Below are positions 55,856 to 64,000 of a stretch of 64,000 nt of DNA, piece after piece. Under the pieces are notes generated by a model. It worked only from the letters and a program-made list of their open reading frames with translations. It was not told where the DNA came from and made no database searches. Each line of letters starts with the position of its first letter. Position 1 is the first letter of the stretch. The DNA is from an uncultured Alphaproteobacteria bacterium (GTDB lineage: Bacteria; Pseudomonadota; Alphaproteobacteria; HIMB59): NCBI GenBank assembly GCA_902575065.1, contig CACGPU010000005.1:7901-71900 (forward strand), read 5' to 3'. The translations under genes were made by a program, and so were the position numbers.

Positions 55856-57691
55856 TTATCTGCTTTTTCTTTTTCTGATACCGAGTTGTCTTGGAATAAA
55901 AAACATTAGTAGAATTAAAAGAACAGGTATTAAAAAAGTATTTAATATATTTATTTGATTTGCTAATCGATCTATGTCTTTACTTAAATTTCTTCTAACT
56001 TCTCTTAGTTGTTTACGAGTATTTTCTACTTGTAATTGAAAATTTGCTAATTCCATTAATTGTTTGTCAGATAAATTGACACTTTCTACATCTCTACCGC
56101 CTGATAAATTTTGAATTTGATTTAATGTATTATCAAGTTGAGCTTGTAATTGCTGTTCCTGTCCTAGATACATCTGCTCTGCTTCTGCTTGAAGTTTTTG
56201 AACTACAACAAACGGTCTAAATGGAGCCTCTTTGTTTCTCAGATCAATAAATTCATCATAACCTGTCATTGAGTCAAACACATTTGTAACTAAACTTCCA
56301 TTATCAGATGTCGCCTCTATAACATTGGTATCTAAAAATTTTTGAATTCTTGCCCAAAAGGCATTTCTTATAAAATCAGCGTCACTAAAAACTACTACAC
56401 TTATATTTTTTGAGGATATTTCTAAATGATTATCATTTTTAAATTCAAAATCATTAAAATTACTTTTTGCGATACCACTTAATCTTACTCCAAAGTCATA
56501 GCTAATACCTGTTGGCTGAAAATTATTAATGAGCTTAATTGGATCATGTACCTCTTTCATAGGTAGATCCATTGTTACCTCACTAGATGACATAATAGGT
56601 GTGTATGAAATTTCACTTTCATCGTTTAATGGGGAAAGACCACCTGGAGACACAAGTCTAATTAAAGATAAACCGTCCCCAATTTCTTCAGCTTGATTGA
56701 TGAACTGTCCTCTGACTTCAGGCCAATTCAATTTCAACATAGTTTGCAAAGATGTATTTTCAGTTATGTTTTGTTGTGTCTGCAGTCTTGTTGCTTGAGC
56801 GCCATCTAAAATAACATTGCTATTATAGTTAATATTGAGGGTTTTTAAGACATTTTCTAAATTTGATGATTTATTCGAATGGTCATTTTTCTCAAAAAAT
56901 GGATCAACAAAAATAACTGATTTTCCCCCATTCAAGATGAATTGTTCAACTGCATATTCAGTTTTGTCACTAATATCAGAGGGGTGATAAACTATCAATA
57001 AGTCTATGCCTTCAAAACTCTCTACGTCTGTATCTAAAAACTCAAAATCATAAAAATAACTAAGCTCCTCAAGTATTGTGTATTCTCCCTGTCCAAGTTG
57101 ATTATTTGGCATCATTGGGGGTGTAGTGTCCACCCATGATAAAAAACCAATCATTGGTTTTTTTGATCTATTAAGTTTGTATACAATGTCAGTTAATTGT
57201 TTTTCTAATGTGCCAGCTTTTGAGGGATCAAAAAAGGGAACAGTTTCTATGTCATCAGTTGTATTTGAAGCAATTAATCCAAAATATACTTTGGACCCCT
57301 CTTGATCTATAGGAAAACCTTGCACACCATATCTATTTACATAATCTTCATCATCTGAATAAGGCTCTGGTTCAATAAAGTTTAATTCAATTTTACCTGA
57401 AGCTAGATCTGAATATCTGTTTAATAGACCTTGAACTTGATTAGCATAATTTTGAATAATTGGAATATTTTTAGACAAGTCTCTGCTATACACAAAAGTA
57501 ATTTTTAATGGCTCTTCTATTTCGTCTATAACTCTCTTAGTACCACTTGAAAGAGTAAAAGTTTTGGTAGAGGTAAAATCAACTCCTAAATTAAAATTGA
57601 TTTTTTGGATTATAAAATTAAAGGACAAAAATAAAATAACAGTGCTTAATATAGATACTATAAGATAGTTTTTTTGTAAAAATTTATTCAT
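55856..57691 (-). CDS. GldG-like ABC auxiliary component
   Basis: DFT..KTFTLS.GT, YFGL, QFILNGG..FVDP, SDADF, coiled coil then C-terminal TM. Start probably ATG 57691 (TAATG overlap). Confidence 0.8.
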   Translation of the reverse strand: MNKFLQKNYLIVSILSTVILFLSFNFIIQKINFNLGVDFTSTKTFTLSSGTKRVIDEIEEPLKITFVYSRDLSKNIPIIQNYANQVQGLLNRYSDLASGKIELNFIEPEPYSDDEDYVNRYGVQGFPIDQEGSKVYFGLIASNTTDDIETVPFFDPSKAGTLEKQLTDIVYKLNRSKKPMIGFLSWVDTTPPMMPNNQLGQGEYTILEELSYFYDFEFLDTDVESFEGIDLLIVYHPSDISDKTEYAVEQFILNGGKSVIFVDPFFEKNDHSNKSSNLENVLKTLNINYNSNVILDGAQATRLQTQQNITENTSLQTMLKLNWPEVRGQFINQAEEIGDGLSLIRLVSPGGLSPLNDESEISYTPIMSSSEVTMDLPMKEVHDPIKLINNFQPTGISYDFGVRLSGIAKSNFNDFEFKNDNHLEISSKNISVVVFSDADFIRNAFWARIQKFLDTNVIEATSDNGSLVTNVFDSMTGYDEFIDLRNKEAPFRPFVVVQKLQAEAEQMYLGQEQQLQAQLDNTLNQIQNLSGGRDVESVNLSDKQLMELANFQLQVENTRKQLREVRRNLSKDIDRLANQINILNTFLIPVLLILLMFFIPRQLGIRKRKSR

Positions 57692-58410
57692 TAGTCTCGA
57701 TTTAAAAATTTTATAATTGTTAAATAATTCCAAAGAGCAATAAAGGATAAAAAGAAAAACAATCCTTTAATTGAGAAGAAACCCGTTTGGATACTTGAGA
57801 AGTGAGTCAAAAAGCTAAAACTAGAAATGAGTTCTACTATTTCAATAGGTAAAATCCCAGTTATAAAATTAATCATAAGAGGAAACCCACTTATGGTAAA
57901 AAGAAATGAGACTAAAATAGATAAAATAAAAGCAATTATTTGATTGTTAGTTAACGAAGAAAAGAAAATTCCAAGAGAGACATAAGCACCTGCCATGATA
58001 ATAACACCAAGATATTGGCCAATAATTACAAGGTTATCAGGGTTTCCAAGATAATTTACTGTAATCCAAATAGGAAACGTCAAAACAACTGAGAATACAA
58101 CAAAAGCCCAAGTTGCAAAAAATTTACTCAACACTATCTTCCACAAAGGAATTGGCAAAGTCATTAATAATTCAATAGTACCAAGTCTTTTTTCCTCGGA
58201 CCAACTTTTCATAGTAACTGCAGAGACAAAGAAAATAAAAACCCATGGGATAAAACTAAAAAAAACTGTTAAGTCTGCAACTCCTGAGGAGAAAAACGAG
58301 CCAAAATAAAATGTCAAGGACATAGAGGTCAAAATAAATATTGCTGTAAAAATATAGGCGACAGGAGTAATAAAATATAATTTAAGTTCTCTTTTAATTA
58401 GCGCCAACAT
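57691..58410 (-). CDS. ABC-2 permease (GldF-like)
   Basis: KRELK.YF.TPVAY, WSEEKRLGTIELL.TLP, SSLTNNQIIAF. Confidence 0.88.
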   Translation of the reverse strand: MLALIKRELKLYFITPVAYIFTAIFILTSMSLTFYFGSFFSSGVADLTVFFSFIPWVFIFFVSAVTMKSWSEEKRLGTIELLMTLPIPLWKIVLSKFFATWAFVVFSVVLTFPIWITVNYLGNPDNLVIIGQYLGVIIMAGAYVSLGIFFSSLTNNQIIAFILSILVSFLFTISGFPLMINFITGILPIEIVELISSFSFLTHFSSIQTGFFSIKGLFFFLSFIALWNYLTIIKFLNRD

Positions 58411-59111
58411 TAGCTTACTAACTTTCTAAATTTTTCATCTAGGGATTTACCAATTTTTTTCTTAAGCTGTGCTGGAGTTCCCTCAAAGACTTTTTGTCCA
58501 TCATTAATAATAAGACACTTATTACAAACCTCTGGGACTTCATCAAGAATGTGTGTAGAAATTATAATTGCTTTCGTTTTAGATAATTTTTTAATTAATT
58601 TTCTTACTTCAAACTTTTGAAGGGGATCCAATCCATCAGTTGGCTCATCTAAGATCAGTAATTTGGGATTATGAATAAGAGCCTGTGCTATTCCAACACG
58701 TCTTTTAAAACCTTTTGATAAAGTTTCAATAGGAACATCTTTTACTTCATCTAATTGCAGATCATTAATTACTTTTTTTATTGCTACTTTTGAGTTTTTT
58801 ATATTTCTTACCTGGCAAACGTAGTCTAGGTAAAGATATGGTGAAAAGTCCAAATAAAGTGGAACACCTTCAGGTAAGTAGCCAATCAGTGACTTTGTGT
58901 GAATGGGATCTATTTCAATGTCCTTATTGTTTATGATAACTTTTCCACTGTCAGATTTAAGATAACCTGTTATTACCCTCATGGAAGTTGTTTTGCCAGC
59001 ACCATTAGGTCCAAGGAACCCCATCACATCACCAACTTTGACCTCAAAAGAGAGTTTATTAATGGCAGTAAAATCGCCAAAATTTTTAGAAATATCTATT
59101 ACACTTAACAT
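58410..59111 (-). CDS. ABC transporter ATP-binding protein (GldA-like)
   Basis: GPNGAGKTT, LSKGFKRRVG, LDEPTDGLDP, STHIL. Confidence 0.92.
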   Translation of the reverse strand: MLSVIDISKNFGDFTAINKLSFEVKVGDVMGFLGPNGAGKTTSMRVITGYLKSDSGKVIINNKDIEIDPIHTKSLIGYLPEGVPLYLDFSPYLYLDYVCQVRNIKNSKVAIKKVINDLQLDEVKDVPIETLSKGFKRRVGIAQALIHNPKLLILDEPTDGLDPLQKFEVRKLIKKLSKTKAIIISTHILDEVPEVCNKCLIINDGQKVFEGTPAQLKKKIGKSLDEKFRKLVS

Positions 59112-59185
59112 TTTTTCATATTATTTAGTTTAAAATCTTAATAATTCAAGATGATAAATTTACCATCTCTTATCAGATGAAGTTT

Positions 59186-60349
59186 TTACCATGCAGACCT
59201 ATAAATATCAAAAGCATCTTTTTCAGATATTTCTCTTGGGTTATTGATTAGTAATCGGGTTTGTTTCATAGCATCTCTAGCCATTGTTTCGCATGCAGTT
59301 TCAGGGATGTCGAGATCTCTTAATCTTTGTTCTAAACCTAATTCACTTGATAGATCTGACAACTTTTCAATGAATTTTGAAGAAATATCTTGAGTGCTGG
59401 TGCTTGTATCAATATCTGGAAAAACAATCGGGGCTATTTCACTGTATAGTTTTGATGCATTTTGATCAGATATATTAAATCTTAAAACATATGGCAGGAC
59501 AAGTGCGTTGGAAAGACCGTGAGGGACATGATAAGTGCCTCCAATCGGATATGCTAAAGCATGAATGCCAGCAACTGGAGAATTTCCAAAGGAGACACCT
59601 GCTAACATAGAGCCAACAAGCATATTTGATCTTGCTTCAATATCCTTTCCGTTAATGACAGCTTGTCTTATAGAACTACCTAAAAGCTTCAATGCTTCCT
59701 TTGCAAGTGTTTGGGAGATCAAATTATTGTTCACACTTTTTGAAGCATAAGACTCTATCGCGTGGACCATTGCATCAATACCGGTAGCAGCAGTAATGTG
59801 AGGGGGAAGACCGAGTGTTAATGATGGATCAAGAATTGCAAGGTCTGGAAGTATAATAGGAGAGGAGACTCCTTTTTTTTCTAAATCTTCTTGTGTGATA
59901 ATAGAAATTGGAGTTACTTCAGAACCAGTACCAGAAGTTGTTGGGTAAAGTGCAAGAGGGAGCCTAGGCCCTTTAGCATTAGCCACTCCCCAAGCTTCAT
60001 GAATATTTTCGTTTGAGCCAATCAAAAGTGCAGTTAATTTCGATACGTCCATTGATGATCCACCACCAAATCCAATTACACCTGTTGCATCAAAATCTCT
60101 TCCCTGTTGTACACAACTCATAAGTGTTTTTATAGATGGGTCAGCTTCAACATTATCAAAAATTAAAATTTCAGAGTATTTTTGAAGCTCAGTAATTGTT
60201 CTTTCGTGTAACCCAATTTTTACTAAACCCGGATCAGTTACAAATAGTATTTTGTTACCAAGTTTTTTAGAAACTTCTTCTGCTGTGCCTATTGAATAGT
60301 CACTTCCAAATCTTATTCCAGGAGTAGTGTTGAATTGAAACGCTTTCAC
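59186..60349 (-). CDS. iron-containing alcohol dehydrogenase
   Basis: GGGSSMD, PTTSGTGSE, DAMVHAIE, HALAY..GG.YHVPHG; GTG start. Confidence 0.92.
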   Translation of the reverse strand: MKAFQFNTTPGIRFGSDYSIGTAEEVSKKLGNKILFVTDPGLVKIGLHERTITELQKYSEILIFDNVEADPSIKTLMSCVQQGRDFDATGVIGFGGGSSMDVSKLTALLIGSNENIHEAWGVANAKGPRLPLALYPTTSGTGSEVTPISIITQEDLEKKGVSSPIILPDLAILDPSLTLGLPPHITAATGIDAMVHAIESYASKSVNNNLISQTLAKEALKLLGSSIRQAVINGKDIEARSNMLVGSMLAGVSFGNSPVAGIHALAYPIGGTYHVPHGLSNALVLPYVLRFNISDQNASKLYSEIAPIVFPDIDTSTSTQDISSKFIEKLSDLSSELGLEQRLRDLDIPETACETMARDAMKQTRLLINNPREISEKDAFDIYRSAW

Positions 60350-60478
60350 GATAGCAATATAGATGATATGAGGTTTATTTCCTATATAATTTTACCAAAC
60401 CTATTCTAAGCACCTATCAACCCACAACTTTTTTTTAATAAGGCTTTCTTAAGAGTTTTTTATTTTTATACTTGAATT

Positions 60479-61117
60479 GTGTCTAAGGTTATTACCATCG
60501 CTCAACAAAAAGGAGGCTCTGGAAAAACCACTATAGCTGCAAATTTAGCTGCTGTTTATTCTTTAAAAAATAATTTATCCACGACATTACTCGACACAGA
60601 CCCTCAAGGCAGTTTAGGTAAGTGGTTTATTACCAGAAATGAAAAACTTAAAAATAAAAACATGATTCAGTTTAAAACAGCAAGCCTCTGGGGCGCACAG
60701 TATGAGGCAAAAACGCTTAAAGAAAAATCTGATTTAGTAATAATTGATACTCCTCCCAAAATTGACGCTGATGGAAGACCGGCAATTGAAATAGCTGACC
60801 TTGTCATTATACCGATATCTCCCTCTCAAGTGGATTTTTGGGCCACGGAGTCCATAATTGAATTAGCGAAAAGAGAAAAAAGAGAGATATTAATACTCAT
60901 TAATAGAGCAAATGCAAAATCTAAACTTATTCAAGAAGCACATAAATTTGTTAATAAAATGAATGTTAAAAAAGCAAAGACGATTTTGGGTAATAGACAA
61001 ATATTTGTATCAACTATGGGATTAGGGTTAACAGTAGTAGAAAAACAAAGAACTGGAAAAGGGTGTTTAGAAATGTTGGCTCTAGCAAAAGAGATACAGT
61101 CATTCTTGAAATTTTAA
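60479..61117 (+). CDS. short ParA-family ATPase (orphan)
   Basis: Deviant Walker A KGGSGKTT, DTDPQGS, IDTPP; no HTH domain and no adjacent parB. Confidence 0.88.
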   Translation: MSKVITIAQQKGGSGKTTIAANLAAVYSLKNNLSTTLLDTDPQGSLGKWFITRNEKLKNKNMIQFKTASLWGAQYEAKTLKEKSDLVIIDTPPKIDADGRPAIEIADLVIIPISPSQVDFWATESIIELAKREKREILILINRANAKSKLIQEAHKFVNKMNVKKAKTILGNRQIFVSTMGLGLTVVEKQRTGKGCLEMLALAKEIQSFLKF

Positions 61118-61132
61118 ATTTTAATAAATTAT

Positions 61133-61582
61133 ATGAATGAAGAAATAGATAATGAACAACTCCATGACATATGCTCAAGATTATTGAAAGGTTTTATTAA
61201 TTGGATTGAAATAAATGATAGCAAAGAAAAAGCATCAATTCTCGATAATGCATTCCAATTTAAAACATCTATCCTAGAACAAGATAAATCAACACTTCAA
61301 AAAAAATACTTTATATCACCACAGAATTTATCAAAAAAAGAAGCTGATGTTCTCTTACTACAGTGGAAAGATACTTTTTCCACATTAGTTAATTCAAATG
61401 TCGATAGACTATCAAAGGACTCTTTTAAGATATGGTTTTTAAGCTTAGCATCATATTCGATCCCAGAATTAGAAAAGGATGCAAACGAACTATGGTCAAA
61501 ACTTTTAGAGGGTGTTGAATATTGTCGTAAATTTTCTATCAAAGATGTTCCATATCCGCTCAACACTATTTCAAAGAACTAA
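61133..61582 (+). CDS. hypothetical protein
   Basis: 149-aa ORF filling the gap, co-oriented with the ParA gene. Confidence 0.6.
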   Translation: MNEEIDNEQLHDICSRLLKGFINWIEINDSKEKASILDNAFQFKTSILEQDKSTLQKKYFISPQNLSKKEADVLLLQWKDTFSTLVNSNVDRLSKDSFKIWFLSLASYSIPELEKDANELWSKLLEGVEYCRKFSIKDVPYPLNTISKN

Positions 61583-61586
61583 ATCA

Positions 61587-62189
61587 ATGTTAAAATTCCT
61601 TATGTTTAAGACATTATTCACGGTAAGCATGTTTTTTTGTTTGAATGCACAATCAATTGAGCTTTTTGGTTATAAATTGTACGAGGACATTCTTAGGTAT
61701 GAAAATGATGGTAGGATAAAATTAAAGAAAGGTAATATTGAGAGCATTTCTATTAAAGAGGACAACGTCTTGATAGCAAACAAATATCTTACTGAATACA
61801 CATTAAAATCAACAAAAACAGGAAATATTTACGAAATTCACGGTTCAAATAATCAATTGCAACTCAGTCCTGTTGAGTGCCTTGACATTCAAGATAGCTT
61901 TATTAATTCATTTCAAAAGAAAAACACCGAATTATTTCAAACTGAAGTTAAACAATTTCCAAATAAACTTAAAAGTAAAACAACCTGGGAAATTTATCTT
62001 AGCAATAAATCTAATAGTAGTGAGTTAATTTTCTCAGTAACTTGTGATTATAGTTTTAATAATAGGAGAATGGATATAATTTTAACTGATAGTACTTATT
62101 TGAGTAATGAAAATTCGAACTACGAAAATTTACTTGATGAAAATAAAGAAAATATTTCAAAAGAAGAAATTGATACTAGTGGAATTTAG
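61587..62189 (+). CDS. hypothetical exported protein
   Basis: Likely start at 61587 (or the next Met); signal peptide ending LNA; two Cys in the mature part. Confidence 0.6.
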   Translation: MLKFLMFKTLFTVSMFFCLNAQSIELFGYKLYEDILRYENDGRIKLKKGNIESISIKEDNVLIANKYLTEYTLKSTKTGNIYEIHGSNNQLQLSPVECLDIQDSFINSFQKKNTELFQTEVKQFPNKLKSKTTWEIYLSNKSNSSELIFSVTCDYSFNNRRMDIILTDSTYLSNENSNYENLLDENKENISKEEIDTSGI

Positions 62190-62403
62190 TAACTAGAGAT
62201 AACATATTAATAATTATATAAGACTTTATCTCTGATTTCAGCTGATCATAAGTTTCAGGTAATTTTTCACCAAGCTGGAAAGCAAAGTCTATAATTTCAT
62301 AAGCTTCATCTTTATTCATATAAATCTCATTACATAGGTCATGGGCAAGTTTTTCTCTTATTAATATTAAAGAAGCTATTGATCTCTTTTGTTTTTTTTT
62401 CAA
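62176..62403 (-). CDS. small hypothetical protein
   Basis: 75-aa ORF abutting the upstream minus-strand gene; start uncertain. Confidence 0.5.
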   Translation of the reverse strand: MKKKQKRSIASLILIREKLAHDLCNEIYMNKDEAYEIIDFAFQLGEKLPETYDQLKSEIKSYIIINMLSLVTKFH

Positions 62404-62404
62404 A

Positions 62405-62902
62405 TTATTTTTTTGTTGGTTTCTTAAGTTTCATTCCGGTTCCTCCAAGTTGCATGCCACCAGAACCTTTACACAAACTTTTCTTTTCTTTGTCACACTT
62501 TTCTATCTTCTTCTCTTTTTTATCTTCTTTTTTGACAACCTCTTTTTCTTCTTTCTTTTCTTCTGATTTTACTTCCTGATTTACAATTTTTGTATCTGAA
62601 GAAGGCTCAAAACTTTGAACTGTGTTGACAGATCCAACCTGAATATTGGAGAGCATTTCTAATATTTGATCTTGTTTTGATAGTTTATCTTTCTGTTTTG
62701 CCTTCCAAGATTTTGGTAGTTTTAAATCGATACAACTCTCAGAACCGCAAAAAAGGACATCCCCAGTTTCATTATCAAATAAAAAACCACCACAATTTTC
62801 AACACCTTTTTGAGTACAATTTGGGATATGCATCTCATACTCTGCATTCAAATTCACCGATAATAATGGCAAACTTAAAAGAAGTACAAAAAAATCTCTC
62901 AT
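62405..62902 (-). CDS. hypothetical exported protein, Cys-containing domain with K/E-rich tail
   Basis: Signal peptide from MRDFF..LNA (62902); CTQKGVENC, FCGSESC, low-complexity KEEKEVVKKEDKKEKK. Confidence 0.6.
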   Translation of the reverse strand: MRDFFVLLLSLPLLSVNLNAEYEMHIPNCTQKGVENCGGFLFDNETGDVLFCGSESCIDLKLPKSWKAKQKDKLSKQDQILEMLSNIQVGSVNTVQSFEPSSDTKIVNQEVKSEEKKEEKEVVKKEDKKEKKIEKCDKEKKSLCKGSGGMQLGGTGMKLKKPTKK

Positions 62903-62945
62903 CAACTTATAATGTATCATTTGTAGAAAAAATTTTCTAAATCTT

Positions 62946-63560
62946 TTATTCATACTTAAAACTCTCTCCAGGTAATGTTGATTTCATAAAGTCATTCTTG
63001 GTAATATTTTCTAACCATTTTTTTAACTTAATATTACTTTCTCCCCAAGCATCAGTAAATCTAAAAGATGTATAGTCTAATGCACAGGCAACAGATATTT
63101 GATCAATCGTTAACTTGTCAGTCACAAACTCATCATATTTTCTTTCAATCCAATCAATGGATCTTAAAATTTTTTTCTCATAACGTTCTATTGATTTATG
63201 TCTTTGCTCTAATTCTGGTATAGCTGACATTTCTATATAACGATTAACTGCATTTTCCATAATTCCATTTGAAACACTTATCATTGTCATACTTTCCCAA
63301 TAACGATCTTTTGGATATATAGAGTCTTTTTTTGAAATACTATCAAAGTACAAACAAATATTATCACTGTCTGTGATCGTTTTATTACCAACTATTAAAG
63401 TTGGAACTTGTCTTAATGGATTAAATTCATCTAGAAATCTTGATTTATAAATATTTATCTTTTCTTCTTTATGAGCAACGTCTAATACAAGAGCAGATAC
63501 TTTACATTTTCTTCCAAAAGGAGAAGTAGGCCCATTATATAAAAGTGGAGTATCTGTCAT
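62946..63560 (-). CDS. glutathione S-transferase family protein
   Basis: SPFGRK, NPLRQVPTL, DSDNIC.Y, ACALDY..FR. Confidence 0.88.
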   Translation of the reverse strand: MTDTPLLYNGPTSPFGRKCKVSALVLDVAHKEEKINIYKSRFLDEFNPLRQVPTLIVGNKTITDSDNICLYFDSISKKDSIYPKDRYWESMTMISVSNGIMENAVNRYIEMSAIPELEQRHKSIERYEKKILRSIDWIERKYDEFVTDKLTIDQISVACALDYTSFRFTDAWGESNIKLKKWLENITKNDFMKSTLPGESFKYE

Positions 63561-63779
63561 TTAATCTATGATTATAGCAACAGTGCCAGGGCTTACACCC
63601 TCTTGATCGTTCCTAATGTTAACTTGAGTTATCGTTCCACTAATTGGAGCGTTATGATTGACCTCTGATTTCATAACTTCCATAATAAATAATATATCCC
63701 CCTCACTTACTTCATCACCAACATCTACTAAAACTTTCCATATGTTACCTGGAACTGACGTTAAAACTTCTGTAGACAT
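63561..63779 (-). CDS. biotin carboxyl carrier protein (stand-alone)
   Basis: PGNIWKV.V.VGD, MEVMKSE biotinyl-Lys motif, APISG. Confidence 0.85.
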   Translation of the reverse strand: MSTEVLTSVPGNIWKVLVDVGDEVSEGDILFIMEVMKSEVNHNAPISGTITQVNIRNDQEGVSPGTVAIIID

Positions 63780-63780
63780 A

Positions 63781-64000
63781 TTATATTACACTTCCCATTG
63801 AGCAGATCGAGGTTTGTTCAGATCTCATTTCCTGTGCCTCTTGCACACTTATTTCTTTAAACTTAAATTTTTCATTTGGTTTAGCTTGTCCTAATTTCCA
63901 AAAAGAGGCTGATGGAACAGTAAAAGGTACAATAAACCCACCCATACTAGGCCCATCATTTACAAGAATTATTGGCGTTTGACCCGCCAAATTAATACCA
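63781..64000 (-). CDS. carboxyltransferase domain protein (urea carboxylase/PxpC-like), 3' end
   Basis: GINLAGQTPIILVNDGPSMGGF...WKLGQ; frame is open to the window edge. Confidence 0.75.
   Translation of the reverse strand, partial: GINLAGQTPIILVNDGPSMGGFIVPFTVPSASFWKLGQAKPNEKFKFKEISVQEAQEMRSEQTSICSMGSVI

Noticed and set aside
62470-62580. Repeat-like TTCTTT-rich tract
   Set aside because: Low-complexity Lys/Glu coding sequence of the minus-strand ORF; not a tandem repeat or CRISPR array.
765-62940. Numerous 60-152 aa ORFs antisense to or nested in long genes (e.g. 4024-4365, 16964-17422, 43243-43695, 48238-48564)
   Set aside because: They overlap well-supported genes, have no motifs or SD, and are typical shadow frames.
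1-64000. Mobile elements, prophage, defence systems, tRNA/rRNA, CRISPR
   Set aside because: No integrase, transposase, nuclease or structural RNA signatures; nearly all sequence is accounted for by metabolic CDSs.

Overview
AT-rich, very compact bacterial chromosome segment with many abutting or overlapping genes. It resembles a streamlined marine alphaproteobacterium of the SAR11/HIMB59 type (inference from gene content and composition). No rRNA, tRNA, CRISPR, IS element or prophage was seen. (1) 0.4-10.3 kb: methylated-glycine/C1 oxidation block (soxBDAG, dimethylglycine oxidase-type flavoprotein, metF, GcvT/DmdA-family demethylase). (2) 10.4-54.9 kb: about 45 kb sugar/cyclitol catabolic region. 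It holds ROK fructokinase + pfkA, ribose enzymes, a lyxose/mannose isomerase-PfkB-orphan aldolase triad, xylB, frcBCA/frcK, a likely D-apiose isomerase/kinase/transketolase pathway, an inositol-type ABC transporter and iolG/E/C/B/J without iolD. Embedded in it is an unexplained module: wHTH-SBP fusion regulator, sugar ABC transporter, acetoin-reductase-like SDR, non-canonical M24 hydrolase, TPP E1 alpha/beta, stand-alone lipoyl domain and GabD. A shared palindrome (ATATTCA-N3-TGAATAT) at fixed promoter geometry links this module to iolG/iolE. This is the best candidate for an undescribed system. (3) 54.9-64 kb: Gld-like ABC system, Fe-ADH, orphan ParA, hypotheticals, GST and a biotin-dependent carboxylase fragment. 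Many operon-first genes look leaderless (-10 hexamer exactly 6 nt before the start codon). All family assignments come from motif recognition; no database searches were run.
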